Notes under the pieces: model-generated | What the model saw: the letters and a program-made list of their open reading frames with translations, nothing else | Told to the model about the DNA's origin: nothing | The model's database searches: none | Origin: Gemmatimonadota bacterium | Lineage (GTDB): Bacteria > JAAXHH01 | Reading direction: 5' to 3' | NCBI GenBank assembly: GCA_026713285.1 | Contig: JAPOOT010000289.1 | Span: 1 to 45,279 of the forward strand | DNA: 45,279 bases | Translations under genes and position numbers: made by a program | In this document: piece after piece, positions 19,173 to 29,212 of the stretch | How the letters are laid out: every line of letters starts with the position of its first letter | How positions within the stretch are numbered: position 1 is the stretch's first letter

Positions 19173-19832
19173 ATGAAACTGATTCGCAATGCGGCGACGG
19201 CCGCCGCGCTGGCGATTCTCGTCGCCTGGTCCGCAAGCGGCCTGGCGCATCCGCCCGTTCAGTCGAACGACGCAGCGCAGTCCGAATCCGGTGAACTGGC
19301 CGCCCAGTCCCTGGGGCCGGGCACCTACGCCGTCTTCAAGACCAACATGGGCGTCATCATTTGCAAGCTGTTCGATACGCTGGCGCCTGCCACCGTCGAT
19401 AACTTCGTCGGGCTCGCCGAGGGCACCCGGACCTTCAAGGATCCAAAAACGGGCCGGGAGACCAGGCGTCCCTACTACGACGGGACCCTCTTCCACCGGG
19501 TCATTCCCAACTTCATGATCCAGGGCGGCGACCCGACGGGATCGGGTCAGGGCGGTCCGGGATACAATATCAAGGGCGAAATCCGGGGCTCGCTGCGCTT
19601 TGACCGGCCGGGCCGGCTGGCCATGGCCAACGCGGGATCGCCGGATACCGCGGGCAGCCAGTTCTTCATCACCCACGGTCCGAAGTCCTACCTGGACGGA
19701 GGCTACACCATTTTCGGCCAGGTCATGAAGGGTCAGGAAGTGGTAAACGCCATCGGCCGGGTGCAAACGCGCGCCGACCGTCCCATTTTCGACGTCATGC
19801 TGGAGAAACTGACCATAGAACGGGTGAAATAA
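19173..19832 (+). CDS. Cyclophilin-type peptidyl-prolyl isomerase, secreted
   Basis: Signal peptide, FHRVIPNFMIQGGDP, AMANAG, GSQFFIT, YTIFGQV. Confidence 0.95.
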   Translation: MKLIRNAATAAALAILVAWSASGLAHPPVQSNDAAQSESGELAAQSLGPGTYAVFKTNMGVIICKLFDTLAPATVDNFVGLAEGTRTFKDPKTGRETRRPYYDGTLFHRVIPNFMIQGGDPTGSGQGGPGYNIKGEIRGSLRFDRPGRLAMANAGSPDTAGSQFFITHGPKSYLDGGYTIFGQVMKGQEVVNAIGRVQTRADRPIFDVMLEKLTIERVK

Positions 19833-19954
19833 GCCCGCGTCGGGGACCGGCCGTCGTACTGCTACACGGAGCAGTACGCCCCCGTCCATTTCTCCCATCC
19901 CTTTAAGTAAGGGGACCGGAGCGGGCCCCAACACGGATTACGAAGTGAAACGGC

Positions 19955-20770
19955 ATGAAGCGCGCATTCCACGGGTACGCAGGTTCCATGAGAGCGCTGG
20001 CGTCGGCGTGTTCGATCGCCTTCGCGCTCGTCCTCCTGCCGTCCGAACTGCGGGCCTTTGAACCGCCCGCACCCCATTTGAAAGCCTTCCTTGGCGGGCT
20101 GGACCAGCGCATGCCGCAGCCGGTTCCCGAGGGTCTGAGGACCTTCGCGGGCGACTCCACGGCTCTTCAGCTGAGCGCCGCTGACTTGGTGGACATGTTC
20201 ACCGCCGCGGAGCGGGATTCGCTCGCGCTGTTGCGGGTCAACGTGTTCCTGGCTCGGTGGATCGCCGTAAGGAACGTGCCTGTCTACGCTTCCGGCGAGG
20301 CGGTCGACGAAGCCCTGGCGGCGGGGTTTTCCCTGGGCCTGACCTTTCCGCTCAATCACGTCGCGTACCTTTTCTTCCTGCCTGACGCCGCTCAATCAGG
20401 CGATTTCCTGGTCCACATCCGCGCACTCTACGACATGAACTACACGTTCCGATTCGACCGGGATGTCCTTGACGCCGACGTGATCGTCCACGGCGCGGAG
20501 ACCTCGTACGCCGATGACGGCGGTCCCCGTACGGGTTACCTCGTGACGATGGAGATGTACGACGACCTGGCGTGGGCAAGATATACGAACATCGAGGGCA
20601 TATCGGGAAGAAAGCGTGGCGTGGCGGGGTTCCTGCAGCGGGTTTTCTTCTTCATACCGAAGACCCTGGACGGCCTGGAACTGCGGGACGGCCACCTGAA
20701 GATCAAGGCCTTCGTAGACCAGAACATCGAAGACTTCGAGCGTCTGGAACGCTACCGGGTCAGCCGTTAG
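19955..20770 (+). CDS. Hypothetical exported protein (start may be 19988)
   Basis: Signal-like hydrophobic N-terminus; co-oriented with the cyclophilins; no family recognised. Confidence 0.65.
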   Translation: MKRAFHGYAGSMRALASACSIAFALVLLPSELRAFEPPAPHLKAFLGGLDQRMPQPVPEGLRTFAGDSTALQLSAADLVDMFTAAERDSLALLRVNVFLARWIAVRNVPVYASGEAVDEALAAGFSLGLTFPLNHVAYLFFLPDAAQSGDFLVHIRALYDMNYTFRFDRDVLDADVIVHGAETSYADDGGPRTGYLVTMEMYDDLAWARYTNIEGISGRKRGVAGFLQRVFFFIPKTLDGLELRDGHLKIKAFVDQNIEDFERLERYRVSR

Positions 20771-22020
20771 CGATCCTGCGCGCCATGTTGCCCGCCAAGC
20801 GGGATGCGCCGGGCTAACACGTACCAGGCAACCACGATCACAATGCCTGCCGCCCCGGCCAGGAAGGCCACCAGGCGAGCCGCCACCGCGTCCAGCAACA
20901 GGCCCGTCGCCAGGGTCGAAATAGAGAAGGCGAGGGTGAAGAGCCCATGGTCCGCGGCGAATACCCGGCCGCGGTAGTCTTCGTCCACTACGAGCTGCAA
21001 CCCGAGCGAAGAATACACCCACATCACCATGCTGCCCGCGGCGGCGAGGCTGATACATGCCGCGGCCAGCCAGATGGACGGGGCCTGCGAAAACAGGATG
21101 AAGAAGGCGCCGTAGCCGATGAGCCCGACCAGGATGCCCGTCCTCAACCGGCCGAGCCGAATGGTGTCGAAGAACTTGATGAAGACGGCGCCCAGGAGCG
21201 TCCCCAGGCCCCGGGCCGTGTAAAGAATGGCAATGCCCGTATCGCCCGCGCGGTAGATCTGCCCGCCGAATACGGCGTAGAGCAGCACCGCGCCCCCGCC
21301 GGCGAGTCCCCACGTCGCCTTGCCCGGCAGGTAGACCCGCGTGGGCCGGTCGCGTCCGATGTACTTCAGGCCCTCGATGAAATCCGACAGGAACCGTACC
21401 GGCTGTCCCGCCCCCGACGCGGCGGGTATGGCGATCCGGGCTACGAAAACCGCCGATACCAGGAAACTGAGGGCGTTCAACTGGAAGGCGGCGGACCGGC
21501 CCAGGTGATCGGCCACGAGTCCGCCGAGGGCGGAGCCGATGGTCAGCATGGCCGCCCAGGTCGTGCTCGACAGCGCGTTGGCCGCCAGCAGCGCCTTGCC
21601 CCGGGCGATACTCGGCAGCGAAGCCGTGCGCGTGACGTCGAAGAAGGGCTGGAGACCTGAAAGCAGGGCCATGAAGAGGTACAGCATCCAGACGTCGTCC
21701 GCCGTTTCCACCAGCAGGAATCCGAGGGCGACCACTGCCCGGAGGATGTCGGCGACGATCATCACCCGCTTGCGGTCGTATCGCTCGGCGACGACGCCGG
21801 CCAGCGGCGTCATGAGGAAGGGCGGCAGCATCTGGCAGATCGTGACGATACCGAGGGCGAGCCCGGAACCCGTGAGGGCCAGGGTGAGGCCCAGTACCGC
21901 GATCGTGTTGAACCAGTCTCCGGCGTTGGAAACCACCTGCGACAGCCATACGAACCGGTAGGTCCGGTTTTCCCGGAGCAGACGGGTGTACGAAAGCGCC
22001 GAACCTGTTCTTGTCGTCAA
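20767..22020 (-). CDS. MFS transporter (DHA3/macrolide-efflux-like)
   Basis: GVVAERYDRKRVMIVADILR motif A, about 12 TM segments, YRGRVFA. Confidence 0.92.
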   Translation of the reverse strand: MTTRTGSALSYTRLLRENRTYRFVWLSQVVSNAGDWFNTIAVLGLTLALTGSGLALGIVTICQMLPPFLMTPLAGVVAERYDRKRVMIVADILRAVVALGFLLVETADDVWMLYLFMALLSGLQPFFDVTRTASLPSIARGKALLAANALSSTTWAAMLTIGSALGGLVADHLGRSAAFQLNALSFLVSAVFVARIAIPAASGAGQPVRFLSDFIEGLKYIGRDRPTRVYLPGKATWGLAGGGAVLLYAVFGGQIYRAGDTGIAILYTARGLGTLLGAVFIKFFDTIRLGRLRTGILVGLIGYGAFFILFSQAPSIWLAAACISLAAAGSMVMWVYSSLGLQLVVDEDYRGRVFAADHGLFTLAFSISTLATGLLLDAVAARLVAFLAGAAGIVIVVAWYVLARRIPLGGQHGAQDR

Positions 22021-22116
22021 AGGCCAGACCTGGAGGTTGGGGGACGCGGGATCGGATGACGGCTTTCTAATTACAGGCGGGAAGGAGGGATGTCAAGCGG
22101 GATGGGCTTCGGAAAG

Positions 22117-22400
22117 GGTCCGCAGGGCCCGCCGCCATATCGCACGGCACCGCCGGCCCGCGCCCGCCGCCATATCGCACGGCACCGCCGGCCCGCGCCC
22201 GCCGCCATATCGCACGGCACCGCTACCGCTGGTCCGCAGGGCCCGCCGCCATTTCGCGTCGCGCGGCGCCGCTGGTCCGCAGGGCCCGCCGCCATATCGC
22301 CCGCCGCCGGTCCGCGCCCGCCGCTATATCGCGTCGCGCGGTACCGCTACCGCTGGTCCGCAGGGTCCGCCGCCATATCGCCCGCCGCCGGTCCGCGCCC
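22117..22400. repeat. Modular GC-rich intergenic repeat array (7 copies of a ccgccgccatatcgc-like core)
   Basis: Core repeats every ~33-50 nt, linked by re-used blocks (ggtccgcaggg, acggcaccgc, gccggtccgcg). Confidence 0.85.
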
Positions 22401-22432
22401 GAGACGGACGGGCGGCACGGCCGCAACTGCGC

Positions 22433-22461
22433 TTGACATGGCCGGCCGGCCGGTTTACCCT
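22433..22461 (+). promoter_or_regulatory. sigma70-type promoter for the small Cys-rich gene
   Basis: TTGACA-17 nt-TACCCT. Confidence 0.5.
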
Positions 22462-22517
22462 TCCCGTATCACATCGATTATACAAGTACGGTTGGTGAGG
22501 TCTCAGGAGGCATGCCG

Positions 22518-22796
22518 ATGAGCAAACTGAAGTCGATCATGCACAACCGGACACACGGTCACCTGGGGGAAACGCGGCGCACCTGCTCCGACTGCGTCCA
22601 CGTCATGCCCGGCATGAGGGGGGACGAAGTGACCTGCGAGATCTACACGTTCAAACACCAGGCATACAATGTGCCCAGGAGGAGTTCCCTCTCTCCCGAC
22701 TTCGCGAACGACTGCGGATTCTACCAGGCCATGACCCCGGTGCAGAAGGCGGAATCCGAGCGGAAGTTCAAGGAGTTCTTCAAGCGGCTCAAGTGA
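22518..22796 (+). CDS. Small hypothetical protein with four Cys (CxxCxH...C...C), putative metal-binding
   Basis: AGGAGG RBS 7 nt before ATG 22518; own promoter; TCSDCVH...TCE...NDCGFY. Confidence 0.75.
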   Translation: MSKLKSIMHNRTHGHLGETRRTCSDCVHVMPGMRGDEVTCEIYTFKHQAYNVPRRSSLSPDFANDCGFYQAMTPVQKAESERKFKEFFKRLK

Positions 22797-22940
22797 ATCG
22801 CGGGTGGAATCGGGTGTGGCCGGCGCGAGACATGCTGTCCGCGCCTAACCCTGTGACCGGCGCGAGAAAGCCGCTGGCGTCGCCGCGGTGATGCCACGAC
22901 GGGTTGCTGTCCGTGCTGACCATCCGGACCGAATGCTCCG

Positions 22941-24191
22941 CTACTCGTTCATGGACTTGAGGAAAACCAAGTTCGTGGTGGTCCGTGACAAGCGCTCGGT
23001 CATCAGTTCCATGGCTTCGACCGGTCCGAGGCCGTCCAGGAATTTCCGCAGGATCTTCACCTTGCCCAGGATATCCGGTTCCAGCAGCAGTTCCGCCTTC
23101 CGGGTGGAGGACGCGCTCAGGTCGATCGCCGGGAAAATCCACCGGTTCGCCAGTTTGCGGCTGAGTTCCAGTTCCATGTTGCCCGTGCCCTTGAACTCCT
23201 CGAAGATCCCCTCGTCCATGCGGCTACCCGTCTCGATCAGCGCCGTGGCCACGATGGTAAGGCTTCCGCCTTCCTCGATGTTTCGGGCCGCGCCGAAGAA
23301 GCGCCGCGGTTTCTGCAGCGCGTTGGCGTCGATGCCGCCGGACAGGATCTTGCCGCTGTGGGGCGTTACCGCGTTATGCGCCCTTGCCAGTCGCGTGATG
23401 CTGTCGAGCAGGATGACCACGTCTTTGCCATGTTCCACCAGCCGCTTGGCCTTCTCCAGGACCATGTCCGAGACCGCCACGTGGCGCTCCGGCGGTTCGT
23501 CGAAGGTCGAACTGATCACTTCGCCCTTAACCGACCGTTCCATGTCGGTCACCTCTTCCGGCCGTTCGTCGATGAGCAGGACCATGAGCACCACCTCGGG
23601 GTGATTGTCCGTGATGGCGTTGGCGATCTCCTGCAGCAACATGGTCTTGCCGGCCTTCGGCGGCGAAACGATCAACCCGCGCTGTCCCTTGCCGATGGGG
23701 GTCAGCAGGTCCAGGACCCGCGTGGGCAGTTTATCTTTCTGGTACTCGAGAACGAACCGATCCAACGGATAGATCGGCGTCAGGTTGTCGAAGAGCGTCC
23801 GTTCCTTGGATGCCTCGGGATTGTCGAAATTGACCGTGTCCACCCTCAGGAGGGCGAAGAATCGTTCCCCGTCCTTGGGTGGTCGGATCTGGCCCGATAT
23901 GGTGTCTCCGGTCCGCAGGTCGAATCGTTTGACCTGGGACGGCGCCACGTAGATGTCGTCGGGACCGTGCAGGTAGCTGTAGTCCGGCGAGCGGAGAAAT
24001 CCGCAGCGGTTGTCCGGCAGCACCTCGAGCACGCCTTCCCCGAAGATGACGCCTTCTTTCTCGGTCTGCGCCTGCAGAATGCTGAAGATCAGTTCCTGTT
24101 TCCGCAGGCCCGTGTAGCTCTGCAGATCGAGCTCCTGTGCTATGGAATACAGGTCGGGCAGGGTCTTGGTTTTCAGTTCCAGAATGTGCAT
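22941..24191 (-). CDS. rho: Transcription termination factor Rho
   Basis: [51 protein letters not shown]. Confidence 0.99.
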   Translation of the reverse strand: MHILELKTKTLPDLYSIAQELDLQSYTGLRKQELIFSILQAQTEKEGVIFGEGVLEVLPDNRCGFLRSPDYSYLHGPDDIYVAPSQVKRFDLRTGDTISGQIRPPKDGERFFALLRVDTVNFDNPEASKERTLFDNLTPIYPLDRFVLEYQKDKLPTRVLDLLTPIGKGQRGLIVSPPKAGKTMLLQEIANAITDNHPEVVLMVLLIDERPEEVTDMERSVKGEVISSTFDEPPERHVAVSDMVLEKAKRLVEHGKDVVILLDSITRLARAHNAVTPHSGKILSGGIDANALQKPRRFFGAARNIEEGGSLTIVATALIETGSRMDEGIFEEFKGTGNMELELSRKLANRWIFPAIDLSASSTRKAELLLEPDILGKVKILRKFLDGLGPVEAMELMTERLSRTTTNLVFLKSMNE

Positions 24192-24574
24192 GCTTCCTTC
24201 CCTTTTATAAGGTAAGATTGACTCTCGCCTGCCGGTCGTTCCTACGATGAAGATGCCCGGGGCGCGGCGAAGGGAGTGTGTTTTCCAACGGACTGGGTTG
24301 TGAACATTGTGAGCGGTGAAAACGACGGAATGCGGACGAGTCGTTCCCAGCAGTCGGGCCTGGCGAGCCGCGTCTGGAGACGCGCGGTTTTTCTGCTCTG
24401 GTTATGCCATCGGGAATAAGGGCAAACGCAACTTACCTTTGTGATGGAGCAATCCCGTAGAATGCGGTACCGGCCGTCATGAATCTGATCTTAAGGAAGA
24501 ATCGGCTTTCCAATGAGGAATCAATCAGGGGAACTTGCAAGGCATCGGGCTGCCGCCGTGACGGCGACACGGTT

Positions 24575-24602
24575 AATATACGGTTTTAATTCGCCGTGTC
24601 AA
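24575..24602 (-). promoter_or_regulatory. sigma70-type promoter of rho, giving a ~380-nt leader
   Basis: TTGACA-16 nt-TATATT on the minus strand. Confidence 0.55.
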
Positions 24603-24660
24603 GTCCCTGGACCACTTTTTTTCGTAAACCTCTACGCCTCAGGGCCCGACCCGGGCCGGT

Positions 24661-25947
24661 TCACTCGTTCATCTTGGGGTCGAGGGCGTCGCGAAGCCCA
24701 TCGCCCATCAACTGGAATCCGAGCATGGTGAGGGCGATCATGATGGCGGGAAAGGTCGCCAGGTGCCAGTAAGAACGGATATAGTTGGCGTTCTCCCCGA
24801 CCATCTGTCCCCAGCTCGGCGTCGGCGGGCTGATGCCGATGCCGATGAAACTCAGCCCGGCCTCCGCGAATATGGCGGAAGGGATCCCCAGGGCGAGTGC
24901 CACGATCAGCGGCGTCATACTGTTCGGCAGGATGTGGGTCACGACGATACGGAAATGGCTGCCGCCCATGGCCTTGGCGGCCCGGACGAATTCTTTTTCC
25001 TTCAAAGACAGAATCTGCCCCCTCAGGAGACGGCATACCCCTACCCATCCGGTCACCCCGATGGCCACGAAGATGTTGAATAACCCGGCCCCCAGCCACG
25101 ACATGATCAGGATGATGAAAAGCAGGCCCGGAAAGGCTGACATGATGTCTACGCCCCGCATGATGACGCTGTCCACGCGGCCTCCGGCGTACCCGGCCAG
25201 GGCGCCCAGGGGTACTCCGATGGCGAAGATGATGGCCTGCACGAGGACGCCCACCGTCATGGAAATCTCCGCGCCGTAGATGACCCGGCTGAAGAGATCG
25301 CGGCCCAGGCCGTCCGTGCCGAAGGGAAACATCCAGGACGGTTCCTGCCAGGCGACCAGGAAGTTCTGCTTGGTATAATGCAAAGGCGCGATCCAGGGCG
25401 CGAGCAGCGCCGTGTTGCTCAGCAGCAGGACCAGGAACAGCCCCACCAGGGAGAGCTTGTTGCGGGAAAACCGCCGGGTGGCGTCCGCCCAGAGCCCGCT
25501 GTCGTGTTTCTTGAAATACCGGTAGGCCCGCGGCCAGAGCAGGGTGAACTCCGTGGCCAGCGTGACGCGGAAGATCAGTCCCGCCCAGGAGAAGAAGGGT
25601 TCGAGACCCTCCCAGCTCATGGACTCCGACAGGCTTTCGGGTATGTCTTCCGTGCCGTAAGGGTACTGGTCCATCCAGGGTCCGAGCAGCCACCACGCAG
25701 CGAGCAAGGCGCCGGCGCCCAGGGCGGCGAAGAACAGTCTATGCTGGTACGCCCGGTGACAGAAGGACGCCCAACGCCCGGTTTCGTTCTTTCTTCCCAG
25801 GCGGTAGATTCGTGGCAGGCAGAGCACCAGCTGAATCGCCAGCGCGATCCGCCCCACCTCGAGGATCATGGTGTCCCAGCTCCATCCCAGGATGGCGCCC
25901 AGGACCCAGACGAGACTTGCGTCGCCCGGTGTGCCGATCGATTCCAT
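24661..25947 (-). CDS. Peptide ABC transporter permease (OppC/DppC-like) with N-terminal membrane extension
   Basis: RRFSRNKL, FGTDGLGRDLFSR, EFVRAAKAMG, GDGLRDALDPK. Confidence 0.9.
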   Translation of the reverse strand: MESIGTPGDASLVWVLGAILGWSWDTMILEVGRIALAIQLVLCLPRIYRLGRKNETGRWASFCHRAYQHRLFFAALGAGALLAAWWLLGPWMDQYPYGTEDIPESLSESMSWEGLEPFFSWAGLIFRVTLATEFTLLWPRAYRYFKKHDSGLWADATRRFSRNKLSLVGLFLVLLLSNTALLAPWIAPLHYTKQNFLVAWQEPSWMFPFGTDGLGRDLFSRVIYGAEISMTVGVLVQAIIFAIGVPLGALAGYAGGRVDSVIMRGVDIMSAFPGLLFIILIMSWLGAGLFNIFVAIGVTGWVGVCRLLRGQILSLKEKEFVRAAKAMGGSHFRIVVTHILPNSMTPLIVALALGIPSAIFAEAGLSFIGIGISPPTPSWGQMVGENANYIRSYWHLATFPAIMIALTMLGFQLMGDGLRDALDPKMNE

Positions 25948-25948
25948 G

Positions 25949-27259
25949 CTAGTCCTTCCGATACCGAATGCGGGGGTCTACCAGGGCGTACATGAGATCC
26001 GTAATCACGTAGATGACGACGATGAGCGACGACCAGAGCAGGGCCGTGGACATGATCATGGGGTAGTCCCGGGCGAATACGCTCGTGGTGAAATACCGCC
26101 CCAGGCCGGGAATGCGGAAGATCGTCTCAATAAAAAACGACCCGGTGATCAGGTTGGCCATCATCGGTCCCGCGATGGTAAGCAGGGGGATCAGGGCGTT
26201 CTTGAACACGTGCACCACCACGACCGAGAACTCGGTCAGGCCCTTGGCCCGGGCGGTGCGCACGTAGTCTGCCCGGATGGCTTCGATCATGTTCGACCGG
26301 GTGTATCTTGCCACGACGGCCATATCGCCGAGCGACAAGGCGATCACCGGCATGACCCAGTCCTTGGGCGAATTCCAGCCCCCCGTTTCAAATAAGTGCA
26401 GCCAGAGCGAGAACACGACGGTCAGGCCCACTGCGACGACGAAACTGGGCGTTACGATACTGAACACCGCCGTGAGCGAGGCGACGTAGTCTATCCATGA
26501 ATTCTGGTACACCGCCGCGAGAATACCCAGCAGCAGTCCGCCTGTGAGCGCCACGATCAGGGCCATGCTGCCCAGGTGGACGGATACGGGCCAGGCCTGG
26601 GCGATGAGTTCCTGGCAGGTCTTGCTCTGGTGCTGGAAGGAGTAGCCGAAGTCGCCTCTTACGACGTTGCTCACCCAGGAGATGTACTGAATGTGGAGCG
26701 GCTGGTCGAGATTGTACTTACGCATCAGGTTCGCCCGCACCTCCGGCGTCAGCGGTATGCCGCCGGTCTCGCCGCCGGCGTCGAAGGGACCGCCGGGCAC
26801 GGCGTGCATGATGGAAAAGGTGATGACGGAGACAGCGAAGAGTACGGGGAAGATCCAGAGAATGCGGCGGACCAGGTACCGGAAGCCCAGGTTCAGACCG
26901 AACAGGAAGATGCTGGTGATCGCTAGCATGATCAGCGTGCGTACCAGCATGACGTTCTGGGAATCGGTTCCCCACAGCGCCAGGCCCACGGCCGCCAGGG
27001 CAATGGTCCGCGCGGCCAGGTTCGGCACGCGGAATCGGCGCAGCAAGGTGGAGGCGGCGACGAACAGGAGAAGCCAGAGCGCGGCGAGGGCGGTGCCGAA
27101 CACGCCGAGTTGCGGAGCCGCGACGGCCAGGGCGACGATGGTGATCAACGTCTGGACGCCCTTGACGAAGGTTGCGTCAAGCTTGCGCCGGTCTCCCCAG
27201 TAACCCGCGGCCAGGACGAGCAACAGCCACAGGACGCCAATGATCCCTACTACGGGCAT
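25949..27259 (-). CDS. Peptide ABC transporter permease (OppB/DppB-like) with N-terminal membrane extension
   Basis: YLVRRIL, PGGPF, GDFGYSF, DYVRTARAKGL, DPRIRY. Confidence 0.9.
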   Translation of the reverse strand: MPVVGIIGVLWLLLVLAAGYWGDRRKLDATFVKGVQTLITIVALAVAAPQLGVFGTALAALWLLLFVAASTLLRRFRVPNLAARTIALAAVGLALWGTDSQNVMLVRTLIMLAITSIFLFGLNLGFRYLVRRILWIFPVLFAVSVITFSIMHAVPGGPFDAGGETGGIPLTPEVRANLMRKYNLDQPLHIQYISWVSNVVRGDFGYSFQHQSKTCQELIAQAWPVSVHLGSMALIVALTGGLLLGILAAVYQNSWIDYVASLTAVFSIVTPSFVVAVGLTVVFSLWLHLFETGGWNSPKDWVMPVIALSLGDMAVVARYTRSNMIEAIRADYVRTARAKGLTEFSVVVVHVFKNALIPLLTIAGPMMANLITGSFFIETIFRIPGLGRYFTTSVFARDYPMIMSTALLWSSLIVVIYVITDLMYALVDPRIRYRKD

Positions 27260-27397
27260 CCGATCGTCTGATCCTTTGCTTGGATGGGATGTTTACATGC
27301 GATACCGCGGTTCGCAGGGTGAGGAAACCGCCTGCATGGGCGAGCCCTTCCGCAAAACGCGGAGCCAACGGAGCCAAGGCCCCGCCGACCGCCAGAC

Positions 27398-27426
27398 AAC
27401 GTATAGGCCCCGGATGATTCTGTCAA
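27398..27426 (-). promoter_or_regulatory. sigma70-type promoter for the oppBC-like genes
   Basis: TTGACA-17 nt-TACGTT on the minus strand. Confidence 0.5.
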
Positions 27427-27497
27427 CGTAATTCGGTCGCTTCGCCAGGGCAAAAACCTGTTGATTCGGCGGGCCGTTTTGTTGTTTCATAGGGGTT

Positions 27498-28190
27498 ATG
27501 GACTACCTGCTCAGTGGATTCCTGGAAGCGGTCCGTCTGCTTATGTCCGGCGAATCCGGCGTGTACACCATCGTCGGCGTTTCCGTTTTCGTCGCGGTGT
27601 CCGCGATCCTGCTGGCCTCCGTGATGGGATTGCCCGCTGGCTACTTCCTCGCGACGCACCGGTTTCGGGGCCAGCGGCTGGTAACGACAGTGCTCAACAC
27701 GTTACTGGCCATGCCAACCGTGGTGATCGGCCTCTTCGTGTATTCCCTGATCTCCCGGCGCGGCCCACTGGGCTTTCTGGAACTGTTGTATACACCTAAG
27801 GCCATGATCATCGGCGAGACGATCCTCGCCCTGCCCATCGTGGCCGCGTTCACATTGTCGGCTATCCGCGCCGTCGATTCACGGATCACGGAGACGGCCC
27901 TGACACTGGGCGCGACGACGGCTCAGACGGCCCGCACGCTCATATCCGAGGCCCGGTACGGAATCATGGCCGCGGTGGTCGCCGCCTTCGGCCGGGTGAT
28001 CGCCGAGGTGGGCGCGGCCATGATGCTGGGCGGCAACATCAAGGGGAGTACGCGGACCATGACGACGGCGATCGCCCTGGAGAGCAGCAAGGGGGAGTTC
28101 GGACTGGCCATCGCCCTGGGTATCATCCTGCTGCTGACGGCATTCGGCGCGAACATTCTCTTTCACTGGCTGCAGGGATTCGACGACTGA
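27498..28190 (+). CDS. tupB: Tungstate ABC transporter permease
   Basis: PTVVIGL, SRRGPLG, AFGRVIAEVGAAMMLGGNI, TRTMTTAIALE typical of TupB. Confidence 0.85.
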   Translation: MDYLLSGFLEAVRLLMSGESGVYTIVGVSVFVAVSAILLASVMGLPAGYFLATHRFRGQRLVTTVLNTLLAMPTVVIGLFVYSLISRRGPLGFLELLYTPKAMIIGETILALPIVAAFTLSAIRAVDSRITETALTLGATTAQTARTLISEARYGIMAAVVAAFGRVIAEVGAAMMLGGNIKGSTRTMTTAIALESSKGEFGLAIALGIILLLTAFGANILFHWLQGFDD

Positions 28191-29206
28191 TGGCCGATCC
28201 GATCATCGTGGGCGAGCATATTTCGCACCGTTACGGCGCCGGGTTTCATTTGCATGTCGATCGCCTCGCCCTGTCCGCCGCGAGAACCTATGCCGTTTAC
28301 GGGGCGAACGGATCGGGCAAGACGACGCTTTTGAACATACTCGCCCTGCTGACCCATCCGCAGGAGGGCCGGATCCTCCTCGACGGCCGGCCCGTGAACG
28401 ATTCCGATCCCGCCCGAAGCCGCGGGTACCGCCGCCGCGTCACGCTGCTCATGCAGCATGTCTACCTGTTCCGGTCCACCGTCTTCGATAACGTGGCGTC
28501 GGGCCTGCGGTTCCGCGGCGTCGCGAAGGAGGCGCTGGAAGAACGGGTGACGCGCATGCTGAGCAAGGTTGGCCTGGAAAAACTCGCCCACCGTTCCGCC
28601 CACAGCCTTTCGGGCGGCGAAGCCCAGCGCGCCGGCCTGGCCAGGGCACTGGTAACGGAACCCGACGTGCTGCTGCTCGACGAACCCACGGCCAGCGTCG
28701 ATGCGGCGCACGGCCGGCAGATCGAAGAGATACTCCGGGAAACCTGTAGACAACGGCGGATGACCGTGGTACTCTCGACACACCAGTACGACCAGGCCCA
28801 TCGCGTCGCCGACGAAGTACTGATCATGCGCGACGGACGCTTGATCGAGGCGGGGCCGGAGAACGTTTTCAAGGGGCGTATAGACGAATCGGTGGATGGA
28901 CCGGTTGCCAGGCTGGACTGCGGCGTAACGCTGCGCACGAACACGGTCGCGCGCGGAGATGCGCTTGTCGCCATTTCACCACGGGAAATCCAGTTGTCCC
29001 GGTCGCCCCACCCTTCGGAAGCCGCGAACAGGCTCGAAGGCGTCCTGAACGCCGCGGCGGTGGACGGAGACCGCATTCGCCTGGACGTGGACGCCGGCCT
29101 GCGGTTGACCGTACACGTTGCGCGGGCATCCTTCGCCGGTATGGGGCTTACCGTCGGGGACACGGTGTACGCCGCCATCGGAGCATCGGCAGTTCGGACG
29201 CCGTAA
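28190..29206 (+). CDS. tupC: Tungstate/molybdate ABC ATP-binding protein with TOBE domain
   Basis: GANGSGKT, LSGGE, LLLDEP, C-terminal TOBE-like segment; TGATG overlap with tupB. Confidence 0.8.
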   Translation: MADPIIVGEHISHRYGAGFHLHVDRLALSAARTYAVYGANGSGKTTLLNILALLTHPQEGRILLDGRPVNDSDPARSRGYRRRVTLLMQHVYLFRSTVFDNVASGLRFRGVAKEALEERVTRMLSKVGLEKLAHRSAHSLSGGEAQRAGLARALVTEPDVLLLDEPTASVDAAHGRQIEEILRETCRQRRMTVVLSTHQYDQAHRVADEVLIMRDGRLIEAGPENVFKGRIDESVDGPVARLDCGVTLRTNTVARGDALVAISPREIQLSRSPHPSEAANRLEGVLNAAAVDGDRIRLDVDAGLRLTVHVARASFAGMGLTVGDTVYAAIGASAVRTP

Positions 29207-29212
29207 CGGGAC

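Noticed and set aside
22117-22400. Possible CRISPR array
   Set aside because: Spacers are re-used rather than unique, period is irregular, and there are no cas genes or leader
21986-22521. Pro/Arg-rich ORFs across the repeat array
   Set aside because: Low-complexity translations of the repeat in several frames; no evidence of coding
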